A DNA stretch of 64,000 nucleotides from the NCBI GenBank assembly GCA_013265495.1, contig MU058290.1, forward strand, positions 372,001-436,000, read 5' to 3'. Positions within the stretch are counted from its first letter, which is position 1; each line of letters starts with the position of its first letter. The notes under the pieces were generated by a model, which had not been told where the DNA came from, did not search any database, and was given only the letters and a program-made list of their open reading frames with translations. Below, piece by piece: positions 50,189 through 63,848 of the stretch. Source of the stretch: Vicugna vicugna (Eukaryota). The position numbers and the translations under genes were made by a program.

Positions 50189-51339
50189 TTGACAACTTTG
50201 AAGTCCAACATGCAGGACAATTTTCTTTCCAAACCTGGGAGTATTTCACACTGTGGTTGCTTCACTCGGTTTTACTTCTTTTCCCCAGCACTGCTGCATG
50301 GTTCTTCTCCTTTGTCATGGAAAATAGTCAGCACTTGGCCATCTGCCACCTACTGCACTAGCCCATTCTCATGACACGACCTGTGATAGGCTGATATGTC
50401 TTTCTTGGCTCATTGATTTCATCAAACACTCAATCCCTATTTTCTTTCTAAGAGACATGGTGTTGTAGGTTGGGTGCCCTGGAAACAGATGGTAAGATTT
50501 CATGCAGGTTTGTTGTGGCGTTCTCTTGGGAGCAATGGCTGTACAGGAGTGAGGAAAGTAGGGTCGGGCAGAAGAAGTTGAACTGTGATAAAGTTGGAAA
50601 AAAAGTTTCAGCTGATGCTGTGGGGGACTCTGGAGTTGGGATGGCTGTTCAGAGTTGTCACTGACTGAAGCCAGAGTATCAGGCTTTTGTACACCAGCCC
50701 TGACCAATCACTGGATGTGAGCTGACCCTGGGCAGGGGAGACAATCAAGGGAAAGGCTTTGGTCCCTTTGGTTTAAGGCAGTTTTTGGCAAGGAATTCAA
50801 GTGTGAGCCAGTCATTAGCACGCTAGACTTCTGGTAGCCAGGTGAGTGGTGCTTCAGTCCTGAAGGAAAGCCTGGACAGCACATTACAGAATCTACTATA
50901 CATGGGCCCACTGAATGCCATGTCCTATAATGATGCCACATCACAGAACATATACTGTGTGTCCCCTACCTATGCCGTGTCATAGAACATGTATTACGTA
51001 CCCATCAGCATTCTCACTATTCTGTATATCATTGGACCATATAATTGGTGCTAAGAGCTGTGCTTTCAGTGCTTTCAGCAGCTGGTCATCAAAATGCCTT
51101 CTCAGAATGTGGTCTCACTGGGTGGTGGTCTCTCTGTTCTATGAAATCATAATGATGATTTATGTGAATCCCACATCTGGCCATTTAGTAGAAGTACAGA
51201 CAATAAATCACTTCATCATAATGATACCTCTGTAAAGAGTTTAGTCTTAAACTTCCTCAAAGACGGCCTACTCAATAAGGCCATGAAATCTGTTCTCAGT
51301 CATGCCTTTTATGGAATGAGTATTAGCCAAAGCTCATGA
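50189..51339 (+). pseudogene. Decayed OR11 pseudogene (most like OR11H7), opposite strand, split by an LTR; 5' part not found
   Basis: Remnants across frames: NMQDNFLSKPGSISHCGCFTRFYFF, HLAICHLLH*PILMT, HSIPIFFL, DMGPL, LVLRAVL..LSAAGHQNAFS, SHWVVVSLFYEIIMMIYVNPTSG and NKAMK...GMSISQSS*. Multiple frameshifts and stops. Confidence 0.85.
50461..50900 (-). mobile_element. Ancient ERVL-class solo LTR inside the OR pseudogene
   Basis: 440 bp with TG...TA termini and an exact 5-bp TSD CATGG (50456-50460, 50901-50905). Resembles antisense LTR33/LTR40/LTR41-type elements; exact family unsure. Confidence 0.75.
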
Positions 51340-51954
51340 ATAGTTCTTCCATCTGAAGCATCCTGTGGTAAGGACCTAGTTTTATTAATTATACAAAATG
51401 AAAATATTAGGTATATCTAATGTTACTTTGGAGACTGTTGCATATTATAAGGCTAAATTAAAAAGCTATAGTATATAGAGTAGCTTATATAATATGATTT
51501 TATTTTTGAAAGGTAAACAATGAAAAAAATCCCAATATATGATTATAAGTATTTTTATATAATTAGGAGCAGGAGAATAGTATGAAGCATATGTACTAGG
51601 TTGTTAATATTGTTTACCTAGTAGAGATAGGAGGTGGTGGAGTGAAAAGTAGATTGAGGGTGAAGAGGTGGTGGTAGGGAATAGTAAGGAAAAAATGAAG
51701 GAATCTACCATAAAAACAGCATGAATAGCATCCCTCTTCTGTAAAATTGACATGTGTGTGTATGTGTACAAAATAATACATGAAAATTGTTCACTAAAAT
51801 ACTAATCATGGTTACCTGAGAGTGATGGGATTAGATGACTTTTAAATATTTTTGTACTTTTCTCTATTGTTTGATAATTATTGCAATGAGCATTATATAT
51901 TGAGAAAAGAACAGGTAATGTTTTTTTTTGGTTCTGGCTATGAGAGTCGAGTCA

Positions 51955-53085
51955 TTTTTTTTTTTCTTCACAATTCTTTTACTTGAAGTATATAGTTGAT
52001 TTACAATATTGTATTAGTTTCAGGTGTACAGTACATCATGAGTCAGTATTTTTATATGATATACTTCACCTTATTATAAAATATTGACTCTACTCCTTGT
52101 GCTGTACAACACATCCTTCTAGCTTATTTATTTTATACACAGTAGTCTGTACATCTTAACACCCTTCCCCTATTTTGCCCCTTCCTCCTTTTCTCTTCCT
52201 ACTCAAAACCACAAATTTGTTCTCCATATATGTGAGTCTGTTTCTCTTTAGTCATATTCATTTGATTTTTTATATTTAGTTTTCCACATATAAGTGTTAA
52301 GTATTTGCCTTTCTCTGTCTGACTTATTTCATTAAGCGTAATACCTTCCAGGTCCATCCATGTTGTTGCAAATGATATATTTTTTTAATGACTGAGTAGT
52401 ATTCCACTGTATACGTCTGCCACATCTTTAGCCATTCATCTGTTGACGGACACTTAGTTGTTTCCATATCTTGGTTCTTATAAATAATGCTGCTTTGAAC
52501 ATTGGGGTGCATGTATCTTTTTGAATTAGTGTTTTTGTTTTCTTCAGATAAATACCCAGTAATGGATTTGCTAGATGGCATGGAAGTTATAGTTTGATTT
52601 TTTTGAGAAACCTCTACTGTTTTCCATAGTGGCTACTCCAGTTTACATTCCCACCAGCAGTGTACAAGGGTTCCTATTTCTCCATATCCTCAGCAACATT
52701 TATTATTTTTGGTCTTTTAGATAATAGCAATTCTGACAGGTGTGAGGTGATATCTCATTGTCGTTTTTATTTGCATTTCTTTGAAGATTATCAGTGTTGA
52801 GCATCTTTTCATGTGTCTGTTGGCCAACTGTGTTCTTTGGGGAAATACCTATTCAGGTTTTAATTTTTTAATCAAGTTTTTTGTTGTTGGTGAGTTGACT
52901 GAGTTTTTTTTTTTTTAATGTATTTTGCCTGTTAAGCCCTTACCTATTAGATGGTTTGCAAATATTTTCTTCTATTCTGTAAATTGTCTTTTCATTTTGT
53001 CAGTTGTTTCTTTTCCTTTGCAGAAGCTTTTGAGTTTTATGTAATTCCATTTGTTGATGTTTTCTTTTGTTGTTTGTGCTTTTGG
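51955..53085 (-). mobile_element. 5'-truncated LINE-1; a short + strand L1 3' tip follows at ~53110-53220
   Basis: Antisense L1 3'UTR and ORF2 (KCPSTDEWLKMW) with poly-T at the left end. Confidence 0.85.
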
Positions 53086-54366
53086 CAAAGGTATTATTAT
53101 CACCATTATCTTGTAATAACATAAAATGGAGTATAATCTACAACAATGCTGAATGACTATGCTTTACACCTGAAACTAATATAATATTGTAAATCACCTA
53201 TATTTCAATGAAAAACATAAGGCCTAAATTCGTTCTCTGTGGTTCTGGTTTTTCTTGTTTTACTGTAAGTAAACTGCCCCTCTCTCCCCCAGTCCTCCAT
53301 CTCTTCACACACATATGCAAGCATGGGATCCACTGGATCTGTAGTTGGTTGCATTGAAAAAATGCAGGTCTACTTCCCAGTCTTGTGTTTCTGCCAGTCA
53401 ATATATTCACTATTTTTTAGTTTATGGGTTTTTGCATGGGTATGCTATAAGATCATCTATAAGTGAAGGAAGTAGTGATAATGTATAGAACTTAGATATA
53501 ATAGTAAAGAACTCTAGTTTGATCAGGACTAAGCAGCTTATATTAAACTCACCCTTGTACATAAAATAACTAAAACATCTGGGAAAAAAATACATAAAAT
53601 AATCATTTGAATGCACAAGAGAGCAATCAACACAGGCAAGATTTCTGGGGATACAATTCCAAGAAGGGAGGAATAAGGAGGTGAGTTCCACATTCACCTT
53701 GGATGTTTTACCCTGAAGACATCATAGTCACTGGGTATGAGGAATATAGGGGCATGGAGGCAGGTGAGAAAGAACAGGGGGAAGGAAGAATAAAGTCTCA
53801 GCAGAAAGTAGTAGTTTCAGTGAACTGAGGAGATAAAGCATTTAGTGTTTGTGGCCACCAAAGCACCTGGGGTTGGAGAGACAGATCCCGGAGATAGGAG
53901 GAGCACAGAGAAGGAGGGTCAGAAATGATATAATCTGCTTTAAATGCATGTTTGGATTTCTAAGCCATTCACATGAAAGATGAGATTTCAAGAAATCTAG
54001 CATAAAGCAGAAACTGGGAGTCTAAAGAACTAAGAAGAGGTTTTAGGAAATCATGGATTTCAAAGAATACAGGAATAGGAAGTCAGGGCTTGCTAAGGTG
54101 GAGAGGGCCTGAAAACAGTCTAGACTTGCAGTTGAGGTCTCAGAAAGGCCATGTTCCTGAGTAAGGGTCACATGCCAAAAATAAGAGCAGGACTGGCTCA
54201 GATTATTCTTACAACACCTAAATATAGTCCTTAAATGAGATCAAAGTGATCTGCATATGCTGTTTCTACTGCTAGAAGAAAACTTAATTTTTGTTGAGTA
54301 ACTAAACCCATTTTATTTACAGTGTTAAAAATATTGTTCAGCACTCAAATAAAAAATTGAGGTACA

Positions 54367-56728
54367 ATACATCACATCAACAAGAGAAAGGACAATAACC
54401 ACATGATCATCTCAATCGATGCAGAAAAAGCATTTGATAAAATTCAACATCCATTTATGATAAAAACTCTCGCCAAAGTGGGTATAGAGGGAACATATCT
54501 CAACATAATAAAAGCTATATATGGCCAGCATAGTACTCAACGGTGAAAAACTCAAAAGCTTCCCACTAAAATCTGGGACAAGACAAGGATGCCCACTATC
54601 ACCACTCCTATTCAACATAGTCCTGGAAGTCCTAGCCACAGCAGTCAGGCAAGAGAAAGAAATAAAAGGGATCCAAATTGGAAAAGAAGAGGTAAAAGTG
54701 TCATTATATGCTGATGACATGTTACTATATATAGAAAACCCTAAAAGCTCCACACAAAAGCTACTAGAGCTGATTGAAGAATTCAGCAAGTTAGCAGGTT
54801 ACAAAATTAACGTTCAAAAATCAGTTGCATTTCTTTACACTAACGATAAATCAACAGAAAAAGAAAGTAAAGAAACAATCCCCTTTAAAATAGCACCAAA
54901 AGTAATAAAATATCTGGGAATAAATCTAACCAAGGAGGTGAAAGAATTATGCACAGAAAACTATAAACCATTGATGAAGGAAATTAAAGAAGACTTTAAA
55001 AAATGGAAAGATATTCCATGCTCTTGGATTGGAAGAATCAATATTGTTAAAATGGTCACACTGCCCAAGGCAATCTACAGATTTAATGCAATCCCTATCC
55101 AATTACCCAGGACATATTTCACAGAACTAGAACAAATCATAATAAAATTTATATGGAACCATCAAAGACCTAGAATTGCCAAAGCATTACTGAAGAGAAA
55201 GAAAGAGGCTGGAGGAATAACTCTCCCAGACTTCAGACAATACTATAGAGCTACAGTCATCAAGACAGCATGGTATTGGTACCAAAACAGACATATAGAC
55301 CAATGGAACAGAATAGAGAGCCCAGAAATGAACCCACAAACTTTTGGTCAACTCATCTTCGACAAAGGAGGCAAGAATATACAATGGAATAAAGACAGTC
55401 TCTTCAGCAAATGGTGTTGGGAAAACTGGACAGCAGCATGTAAAACAATGAAGCTAGAATACTCCCTTACACCATATACAAAAATCAACTCAAAATGGAT
55501 TAAAGACTTAAACATAAGACAAGATACAATAAACCTCCTAGAGGAAAACATAGGCAAAACATTATCTGACATACATTTCAAAAATTTTCTCCTAGAAGAA
55601 ATAAAAGCAAGAATAAACAAATGGGACCTAATGAAACTTACAAGCTTCTGCAGAGCAAAGGAAACCAGAAATAAAACAAGAAGAAAACCTACGGAATGGG
55701 AGAAAATTTTTGCAAGTGAAACCGACAAAGGCTTGATCTCCAAAATATATAAGCAGCTCATACGACTCAATAAGAAAAAAATAAACAACCCAATCCAAAA
55801 ATGGGCAGAAGACCTAAACAAGCAATTCTCCAAGGAAGACATACAAATGATCAAAAAGCACATGAAAAAATGCTCAATATCACTAATTATCAGAGAAATG
55901 CAAATCAAAACTACAATGAGGTATCACCTCACACCAGTCAGAATGGCCGTCATTCAAAAATCCAAAAATGACAAATGCTGGAGAGGCTGTGGAGAAAGGG
56001 GAACCCTCCTACACTGCTGGTGGGAATGCAGTTTGGTGCAGCCACTATGGAAAACAGTGTGGAGATTCCTCAAAAGACTAGGAATAGACTTACCATATGA
56101 CCCAGGAATCCCACTCCTGGGCTTGTATCCAGAAGGAAATCTACTTCAGGATGACACCTGCACCCCAATGTTCATAGCAGCACTATTTACAATAGCCAAA
56201 ACATGGAAACAGCCTAAATGTCCATCAACAGGTGACTGGATAAAGAAGATGTGGTATATTTATACAATGGAATACTACTCAGCCATAAAAACCGACAACA
56301 TAATGCCATTTGCAGCAACATGGATGCTCCTAGAGAATGTCATTCTAAGTGAAGTAAGCCAGAAAGAGAAAGAAAAATACCATATGAGATCGCTCATATG
56401 TGGAATCTAAAAAACAAAAACAAACAAACAAACAAAAACAAAGCATAAATACAGGACAGAAATAGACTCATGGACAGAGAATACAGACTTGTGGTTACCA
56501 GGGGGGTAGAGGGTGGGAAGGGATAGACTGGGATTTCAAAATTGTAGAATAGATAAACAAGATTACACTGTATAGCACAGGGAAATATACACAAAATGTT
56601 ATGATAAATCACAGAGAAAAAAATGTGACAATGAGTGTGTATATGTCCATGAATGACTGAAAAATTGTGCTGAACACTGGAATTTGACACAAGATTGTAA
56701 AATGATTATAAATCAATAAAAAATGTTA
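54367..56728 (+). mobile_element. Young 5'-truncated LINE-1 (2.36 kb) with a long open ORF2 segment
   Basis: Exact 16-bp TSD aaaaaattgaggtaca (54351-54366, 56729-56744) at a T|AAAA endonuclease site. ORF 54521-56410 contains the RT motifs [10 protein letters not shown] and YADD and the C-terminal CWRGC..HCWWEC knuckle. Confidence 0.97.
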
Positions 56729-56744
56729 AAAAAATTGAGGTACA

Positions 56745-59700
56745 CTAAGCAACAGGACAAATGATTAAGAACCACGAAAGGAAAGAAACAACAGACAAAC
56801 TCACGGGTAACAGAACTTCTGGTCAATACTAGAATGAACAGTTTTCTGAATAAAATTATTTTTTAACCTGAAAACATATTAAATACAATCCAATAAATAC
56901 AATCCAATCCTTAGAAATCCAAACATTTATAAAAAATGTTTGTAAGTAAGTTCAATGCAATTATGGGCTCTAATTGCTTAAGTGCCCTTTTGTAGTCTCA
57001 GAAACTTCTGCAGGGCATTTTTCATATCTTTGTTCCTAAGACTATATATCACAGGGTTAAGAAGTGGGGTCACAACAGAATAAAAGAGAGTCACAATTTT
57101 CTGCATTCCAGCTTCATGCTCGGATGTTGGGCTCCCATACATGACCAGTACTGAGCCATAGAACAGTAAAACCACAGCCAAATGAGACCCACAGGTGGAG
57201 AAGGCCTTTCTTCGTCCAGCTGCTGAAGGGACTTTGAATACAACTCTTAGAATCAGGGCATAGGACCCCATGATAAAGGAAAAGAGAATGATGATGGGTA
57301 CAGGACTTAAGGTGGAGATGACACGCTGTATCACAGGAGCTTTTTTGCAAGTGAGTGCTAGAAGAGGACTTGGATCACACAGGAAGTGGTCAATAATCCT
57401 GGAACCACAGAAGGACATTTGGGAGATGATGATAATGGGAATCAAAAACCAGAGGAAACCACTTACCCAGCAGCTGACCACAAGATTGGAGCAGAGTCGT
57501 CTAGTCATAAGAGTGGGGTAATGTAGAGGCCGGCAGATGGCAAGGTAGCGATCAAATGCCATTATAGCTAAGAAAAAGCTTTCTGTAGCACCCAAGGAGA
57601 AGAAAAAGTAGAACTGGAGAAAGCATCCAGAGAAGGAGATGACCTTGTTGTCAGAGAGGAAGTTGGCCAACATGTTGGGGACTGTGGAGGTGACATAGCA
57701 GATCTCCAGGACGGAGAAGTTGGCGAGCAGGATGTACATGGGGGTGTGGAGTCTCTGATCCCAGTACACAGCACAGATGATGGAACCATTGCCCATGAGG
57801 GTCAGGAGGTAGGCACCAGAGAAGAGCACAAAGAGGAGGCTCTGGCCCTCCCTGGAGCAAGGGAAGCCCAGGAGGATGAAGCCAGTGATGTTGCTGGTGT
57901 TGTTGGGGGTGTTGGAGATTTTCATCTTTCTGTGCTCTGTGTAAGGACCAACAAATATCAAATGAGTGTGTATAGATACTTGGGAATCCAGATTTATATT
58001 TAAATCATCTTTGGAAGTAATAAGGACTTGTGTATCAATAGCTAATTTTTTTCTTGAAAACTGAAATATTGACTTGTGTTCCTTCTTTATTTTCATTCAC
58101 ATTTTCTCGTGGATGTAAGAAAATTTCTGGTCAGAATTGATAACCCCATCAAGAAAAGTGCTGTAGAGGTATTTGAAGATTATATTAGACTTAATAAATT
58201 ATATACCTATGAGTATATTACATTTAATATAATATCTTTCTATCTACCTATCTACTTTCCCATCCATTCTAACAATCATGGAATTTTTTTCACCTTTAGA
58301 GGGGTGACATCATTGCAGTTGTGTCAGAATCTGAGTCAAATTAAGTAACGATGTGACAGGAACTCGCAGACCTTGTTGAATGACTTTTTTTACATGACTT
58401 TTGAAACTGGCCCTGTTTCAACTAAATGATTAATTTATTAAGTTAATAGTATTATATACCATTCATCTGTAAAACAATCAGGTCAAGGAGAGAAAATTAT
58501 CCTAGAGGAAAATAGCCTGCTCTTGTGTTAAAACAGTAATCCTAGCCACTCACAGTAGACCAAGATGAAAGAATTACTAATGGGCCATTTTGAAATAAGT
58601 CTATCCTTACTCGAAAGAACGATGGATTTTCCCAGTCTACAGTTATACATATAATTGTCTTCCAATGATATGAACTATGGATATTACCGATAATACAGAA
58701 TTCTAAATTCACAGCAGTGGATTTGTAGGGATTGAAAACTAATAGTTTGCTCAAGCCCCCAGTAACTTCTTGGGAGCATCCCAAGGTTGAGTGCCTTTTG
58801 AAGGCTGGATATCTGCATAATGCCTCTTTGGTTCTAAATGAGTTAGAATACCTTTGTTTCCATTCACTCAAGCTTGAAGTCAGTTAGAGACCTCTGTAAG
58901 TTAACTATAAATGAGCAACATGAAGTCTCTGTTTATCACCCTTCTTCTATGGTAAATCCATATTTTGTTTTTTAAAATTTGGCGTAGGGACCCAGGGAGT
59001 CTTATACTTTCCTACTAGGAATACTGAAGTTCTGAGAAACCTCTGGTACCAGGAGCATAAGGTAGCAGCAAGAGCAGCAAAAAAACAGGGACACACAAGA
59101 ATAATTCTGTCTACATAAAGGTCCTTAATGGAGTCTAATAATTTTAGAATCTAAAGATTAAGTCACTATATCTATTACCAGTTCAGAGGAAGATATTTAT
59201 TATGGTCAGTTGAAAACAGTTGTTCTTAATTGTGGGTAGGCATTTTTGACCAGGTTTGTGCTGCTGGTGTTCCTGAAATTTCATTATGGGAGTAAACATC
59301 TGGTCAACAACCTAGTAATTGACCCTTTGGGTTGAATGTTTGAGAAATGTTATTTATTTATTTATTTTTGGTGGAAATTATTTCAGTGTAGTATTTCCTC
59401 TCTTTCTTTTACCCTCATATGTAATTCATCATCAATTTCTCTTACTTTGTCTCACAAATAGGGCTCATGTCTACATACTCTGTTCTTCAAGCCATCATCT
59501 TTTCTCCCTTGGGCCACTGTGATGCTGTCCGAACTGACTTCCTGTTTCCACCATGCTTCTCTACAACCTGTTGCCCATGCCTTGGCCTGGGTGATTCTTT
59601 AAAAAAGGAAAATCAGGTCAATCCCTTTCCTTGTACACAGACTTCAGTTAGCTTCAAAACGCACTGAGAATAAAATAAAATCTTCAAACTACAATATATG

Positions 59701-62700
59701 ATTTGACCCCTCCTAACATCTCCAACTTCATCTCATGATTCTATAAATCAGTCACATACATTCTCTGTCTCATGCACCCACACGCATGGAAACGTACACC
59801 CTCTTGAACAAAGGACACTGAAATTTGAATTTTATGTAACTTTCATGTGTCACAGAATGTTAGTCTTCTATTGATTTTTTTTTAATTTAAATTAAGAAAG
59901 CAAAAATTTGTAACTCACTGTCGATACAAAAATAGGCAGCAGGCCAGATTTGGCTCATTGGCCATAATTTGCTGACTCCTTTTGAGCCCATTTACAGAGA
60001 CAGGAAAGCAAAGACCATCCATTTTACTTGGAACAATTGGAGCTCCTTGGTCCAACAAGTACCTTATTTTCTTAAAAGGGAGGGGACCCTTAGAGGGGAG
60101 CTGAGTTCAGCTTGTTCTTCTCCTGAGCTAACAGATCTGTTAGGCCAGCTTTCAGCTTAATTACAAAAATAATTTTCCAAAGTTATCAGTATTTGCCTCT
60201 CTGTCTCTAAACACACACACACACACACACACACACTCTCATGTGTGCACTCCTTATCTTTCACATCATACTTGAGTAATATAGCATTGGTCTTTCAGTT
60301 TCTAGAAAAAGCCAAGTAATTTCCTGACTCAGGGTCTTTGTTCTTGTTGTCTTTTGTGATCATTCTTTATTCCTAATTCTCAATACAATATGAGTAAGAT
60401 ACTAGATATTTTATAAATATTCTTTTTAAAAGAAATGGTTGTCTACACTGTTAACAACATAGGGAATATAGACAGATAATAGGTAGATATTTCCCAGTTA
60501 CTTCATTTGAACTTCCAAAACCCTGTAGTATGAAATTTTGTGCAATAAATTATCCAAGAAAAGTTGCCAAATGACTTGAGGCTAACAGAGTGTTGGTCCG
60601 GACTTGGGAGGAATTCATTCAAAGGAAGTAACGGGTGTGTGAATGTTCTGCATTGAGGAACACATCCCATACCAGGTGATTTACTCTCTGAGTGTTAAAG
60701 ATAATTATGGTCCTACAGCTGTTGATGTTAAAGTTGGAGAGAGAGCAGAGGGGCTGGAATTTCTAGATTTAGCATCATACAAAGTTACTTAATGTCTGTA
60801 GTTGAGCCTTCTAATGTATATAAGTTTCATTTCTTTATATGAAAAGGTAGTAGCATTGTATGATTTTTAATCACTTTTCATTATAACATGCTTACTCTTA
60901 TTTCCAAGTACACATGATATCAAGACTTTATAGATCTAGAGGTGATATTTTAGTTACATTTCTCACTGATGAGAACATGAGTTAGATAGCTATCAGTGGT
61001 GAATGAAGCCAAAGGATCCAGGCCAGTTCCTTCTCAGGGCAGTTTTTTCAGTTTGAGATTCTGACAAAGCTGACCTAGAAAACGGGAAGGATGTGAAAAT
61101 TGTTTATCTGTGTCTCATCACCCTTTCATAGTTGACCTACCTAAGTTTGCCAGTGGGTAAAAAAAATATTTCTAACAAGACTGTATTCTTTGTTGCTTAC
61201 CGTTTATTACTTCATTCCTGTGTACAGAGCAGCAGTGGTGTTTACCTGGCACAGGGTGAGCTGGAGCTGTCCAGAGTGGCAGAAGAGTCCCCTGAATCAG
61301 CTGCAGAAAGTGCTGTGGTAGAGGGAGTGGGAATGTGCATACAGTGGTGTCAAAGCTGTGTTCTGTATACAGGGTGTTTGGACTGAGTTCATTAACAAAG
61401 CCAAACAAACCACATGCTCACCCCCTTTATACCCTGGAAAGATTGGGGTAAACCTGGTCTAGTTAGCCAGGTCCTCAGCTATCACAAGACAAATGAAAGA
61501 AAAACATTTCTGTGATATTTTATATTTTACTTGTTCTCCCCAAAGCTGGTCCAAGTAGGCACAATAGTGTGGAAGCACTATTGACCTGCTCTCACAGTAG
61601 CACATCCATCTGCTTTGTTTGTTCTGGTCAGGAGGTGCTACACTTCTCTCATTTCTGCAAAGCTGTTGAAAATAAGAACAATTTCCCCATTTATAAGGAG
61701 TGACTGGCAGCTAAAGCATAATAGAAGAGCAAAGGATTTGGAGTGAAGAGTCTAAGGTTTGAATTACAATTCATACTTTACAAAATTTGCAAAGTGTCTC
61801 AAGTCAGTTATGTAACTATTTCCAGCTCTCTCAACTGTACAATGGGCACAGTAACATTTTCACCAAAGGGTTGAGGACTCTGAATGAGATACCATTGGAA
61901 CCCTGTCTAGGGCCTGAAACAGTGTGATGCTTAGGAATTGCTAGCTGTATAATTTATAGCTGAAGCAAAGTAAAAAGCAGTCTTCTTTAGAGGGTAGTAA
62001 TTTCTCTGCCTCTTTTATGTTTATTTTCTCCTATAAGCATTACATGATCTCCTTTCATGACAAGAGGGGAATCCAGACCTGAAGCTTCAATGACAGTGTC
62101 TGATCTTCCTGGAGAGGAGGGGTGGTCTCCTCCACAAAAACCAGTAAGAAGTGAAGGAGCAGAAGTAGGGTGAAGGTCTCTCGGTGTTTGCTGGAGAATG
62201 GCTGGATTATAAGCAGAGCCTCCAGGTAGTGAGGATCCATGGGGAATGATTTCCCACTTTCAGAAGCTGTGTTAGGAGAGTGCTCTGTACTAGTTATTCC
62301 CTTCCCCTGGGGCCTGTCTTCTCTGGAGACCCCGATGTCTTCTCCCTTTGTTTTCCAGCAGAGTGGAAAACATTGCCTTTTCCAGCCCCAAACTTCTCCA
62401 GGATGGCATGAGGTTTAATCAATCTGTAAGCCTTCTCAGAGTGCCTACCAGCTATTCACGGGAAAGTCTGTAACAGTAACACGGAGTGTGGTGGCTGAGA
62501 TGGAGGAAGCTGTTCCCGTGCCTCTAGTGATGGCTGTCAGTTATGGGTTTTGAGAATGGAGCCTCTTCTGATTCTCTAGAAAGAAGAGATGAACTGGAAG
62601 ATTGATTTGGCCTCAGGCATACTGGGCTGTGCATTTACCCCAGGAATCAGTCCCCTCCCAGAACCTCCTTGGCTCTTTTATAGATCTTTTCCTTTTTTGT

Positions 62701-63032
62701 TTGTGTTTGAGCCCTGTGAGTCTCAAGCAGGTGCCTGAGGTTAGGACACTCTCCTGGTCCAATACAGAACTGTGCAGAATATTCCTTAGCTCCTCTGAGA
62801 GGTTGCGTGAAGGAGCTGTGCTCTAAGCCTCCTTCATCTTGACGGAGGTACAGGTCTTTTAGCACAACTCATTTCCTGTCCCTGTATCTCCAACTTGTGA
62901 AGCAGTTTCATCTCAAAGACTTATCAGTTCATTTCATTTCCTTGTTGGAACAGCTTTGATGGTCCCTCTGTTCATAACATGAGATTCACAGTTGGCAAAC
63001 AAGGACCCTTACAATGGAGCTCTAACCCATTG
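56745..63032. repeat. Segmental duplication unit 2 (paralogous to 38673-45960)
   Basis: Collinear with unit 1 and lacks the 42.4-43.5 kb L1. Confidence 0.9.
56978..57925 (-). CDS. Olfactory receptor 11G2-like, copy 2 (315 aa from MKISNTPNNTS; intact)
   Basis: Same OR11G motifs as copy 1. The ATG at 57925 follows an acceptor-like ccttacacAG. An in-frame ATG at 58096 exists but is probably intronic. May correspond positionally to human OR11G1P. Confidence 0.9.
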   Translation of the reverse strand: MKISNTPNNTSNITGFILLGFPCSREGQSLLFVLFSGAYLLTLMGNGSIICAVYWDQRLHTPMYILLANFSVLEICYVTSTVPNMLANFLSDNKVISFSGCFLQFYFFFSLGATESFFLAIMAFDRYLAICRPLHYPTLMTRRLCSNLVVSCWVSGFLWFLIPIIIISQMSFCGSRIIDHFLCDPSPLLALTCKKAPVIQRVISTLSPVPIIILFSFIMGSYALILRVVFKVPSAAGRRKAFSTCGSHLAVVLLFYGSVLVMYGSPTSEHEAGMQKIVTLFYSVVTPLLNPVIYSLRNKDMKNALQKFLRLQKGT

Positions 63033-63369
63033 TTTTGTCATTTTGATATTTTACCTTTTCCCCACCACTTCTTGTACATGGCTTGTGTCCCTGTCACATC
63101 AACATGCTTAGGTACACAATGGAAGATTATATACTTTGGGAGTGAATAATTTTACCCTGTGAAAATCAGCCAAGAACACTCTGCCTTGATGACTACCGTG
63201 GGGGAGTTAAGCCCTGTGGAGTGAAGGACCCCAAAAGTTTAATTTCCTAATGCAGATGAAGAGAGTTAACTTATGATGTGTCTTTGCTTTTTTTTTTTCC
63301 ACTTAGCCTCTGCTGTCATAGTTCCCTTCACCCCAGATGTTTTCTCACAGAATTCTTGGTGTTAGTACA

Positions 63370-63848
63370 GTGTGACAGGGATCATTGGTTCCTGGTCCGT
63401 ACCCTCTCTGTATTTCCTCCTTCTTTCTACTTCAGTACAGTTGCCAGCTTCTACATTTATTTTCCCCGGTTTGTTTTTTCCTAACTGGGAAAGCTGCTTT
63501 GGCTGCCTGTTCTCTGTTCTTCCAGGCCAGAAGTCCTGGGAAATGTATGACCTCCACACTTCCCAGAAACCCTGAACTTTGGCCAGATGGGAATTGGTAT
63601 ATCAATATCCCAGCTCCTTTGCCTTTATAGCAAGATAAGTCAGATGTCTACTGCACTACCTTGGGATTCTCCAGAGGGATTGGCTCCGTTTACCCACAGT
63701 GGTAGCTGGCTTGACAATTTACCCTTTGTTGGAAGACTTCCCTTCCTTGTTTCACTTTTGTCTGTCAACGTTTCCTTTACTACCAAATGAAATACTTGCA
63801 CTGGAATCCTTGTTTCAGGATTTCCTTCCTGGAGACTAGCAAAGTCAT
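63370..63848 (+). mobile_element. Ancient ERVL-class solo LTR (LTR16/LTR33-like)
   Basis: 3' end 'aaatacttgcactggaatccttgtttcaggatttccttcctggag' resembles this LTR class. The left boundary is uncertain. Confidence 0.5.

Noticed and set aside
54521..56410. 629-aa reverse-transcriptase ORF as a host gene or novel RT system
   Set aside because: It is ordinary L1 ORF2 in a 5'-truncated insertion with TSDs, and its start Met is created by a frameshifting deletion.
57926..58096. 57-aa N-terminal extension of OR11G copy 2
   Set aside because: The homologous region in copy 1 is out of frame, and an acceptor-like AG precedes the downstream ATG. Probably intron.
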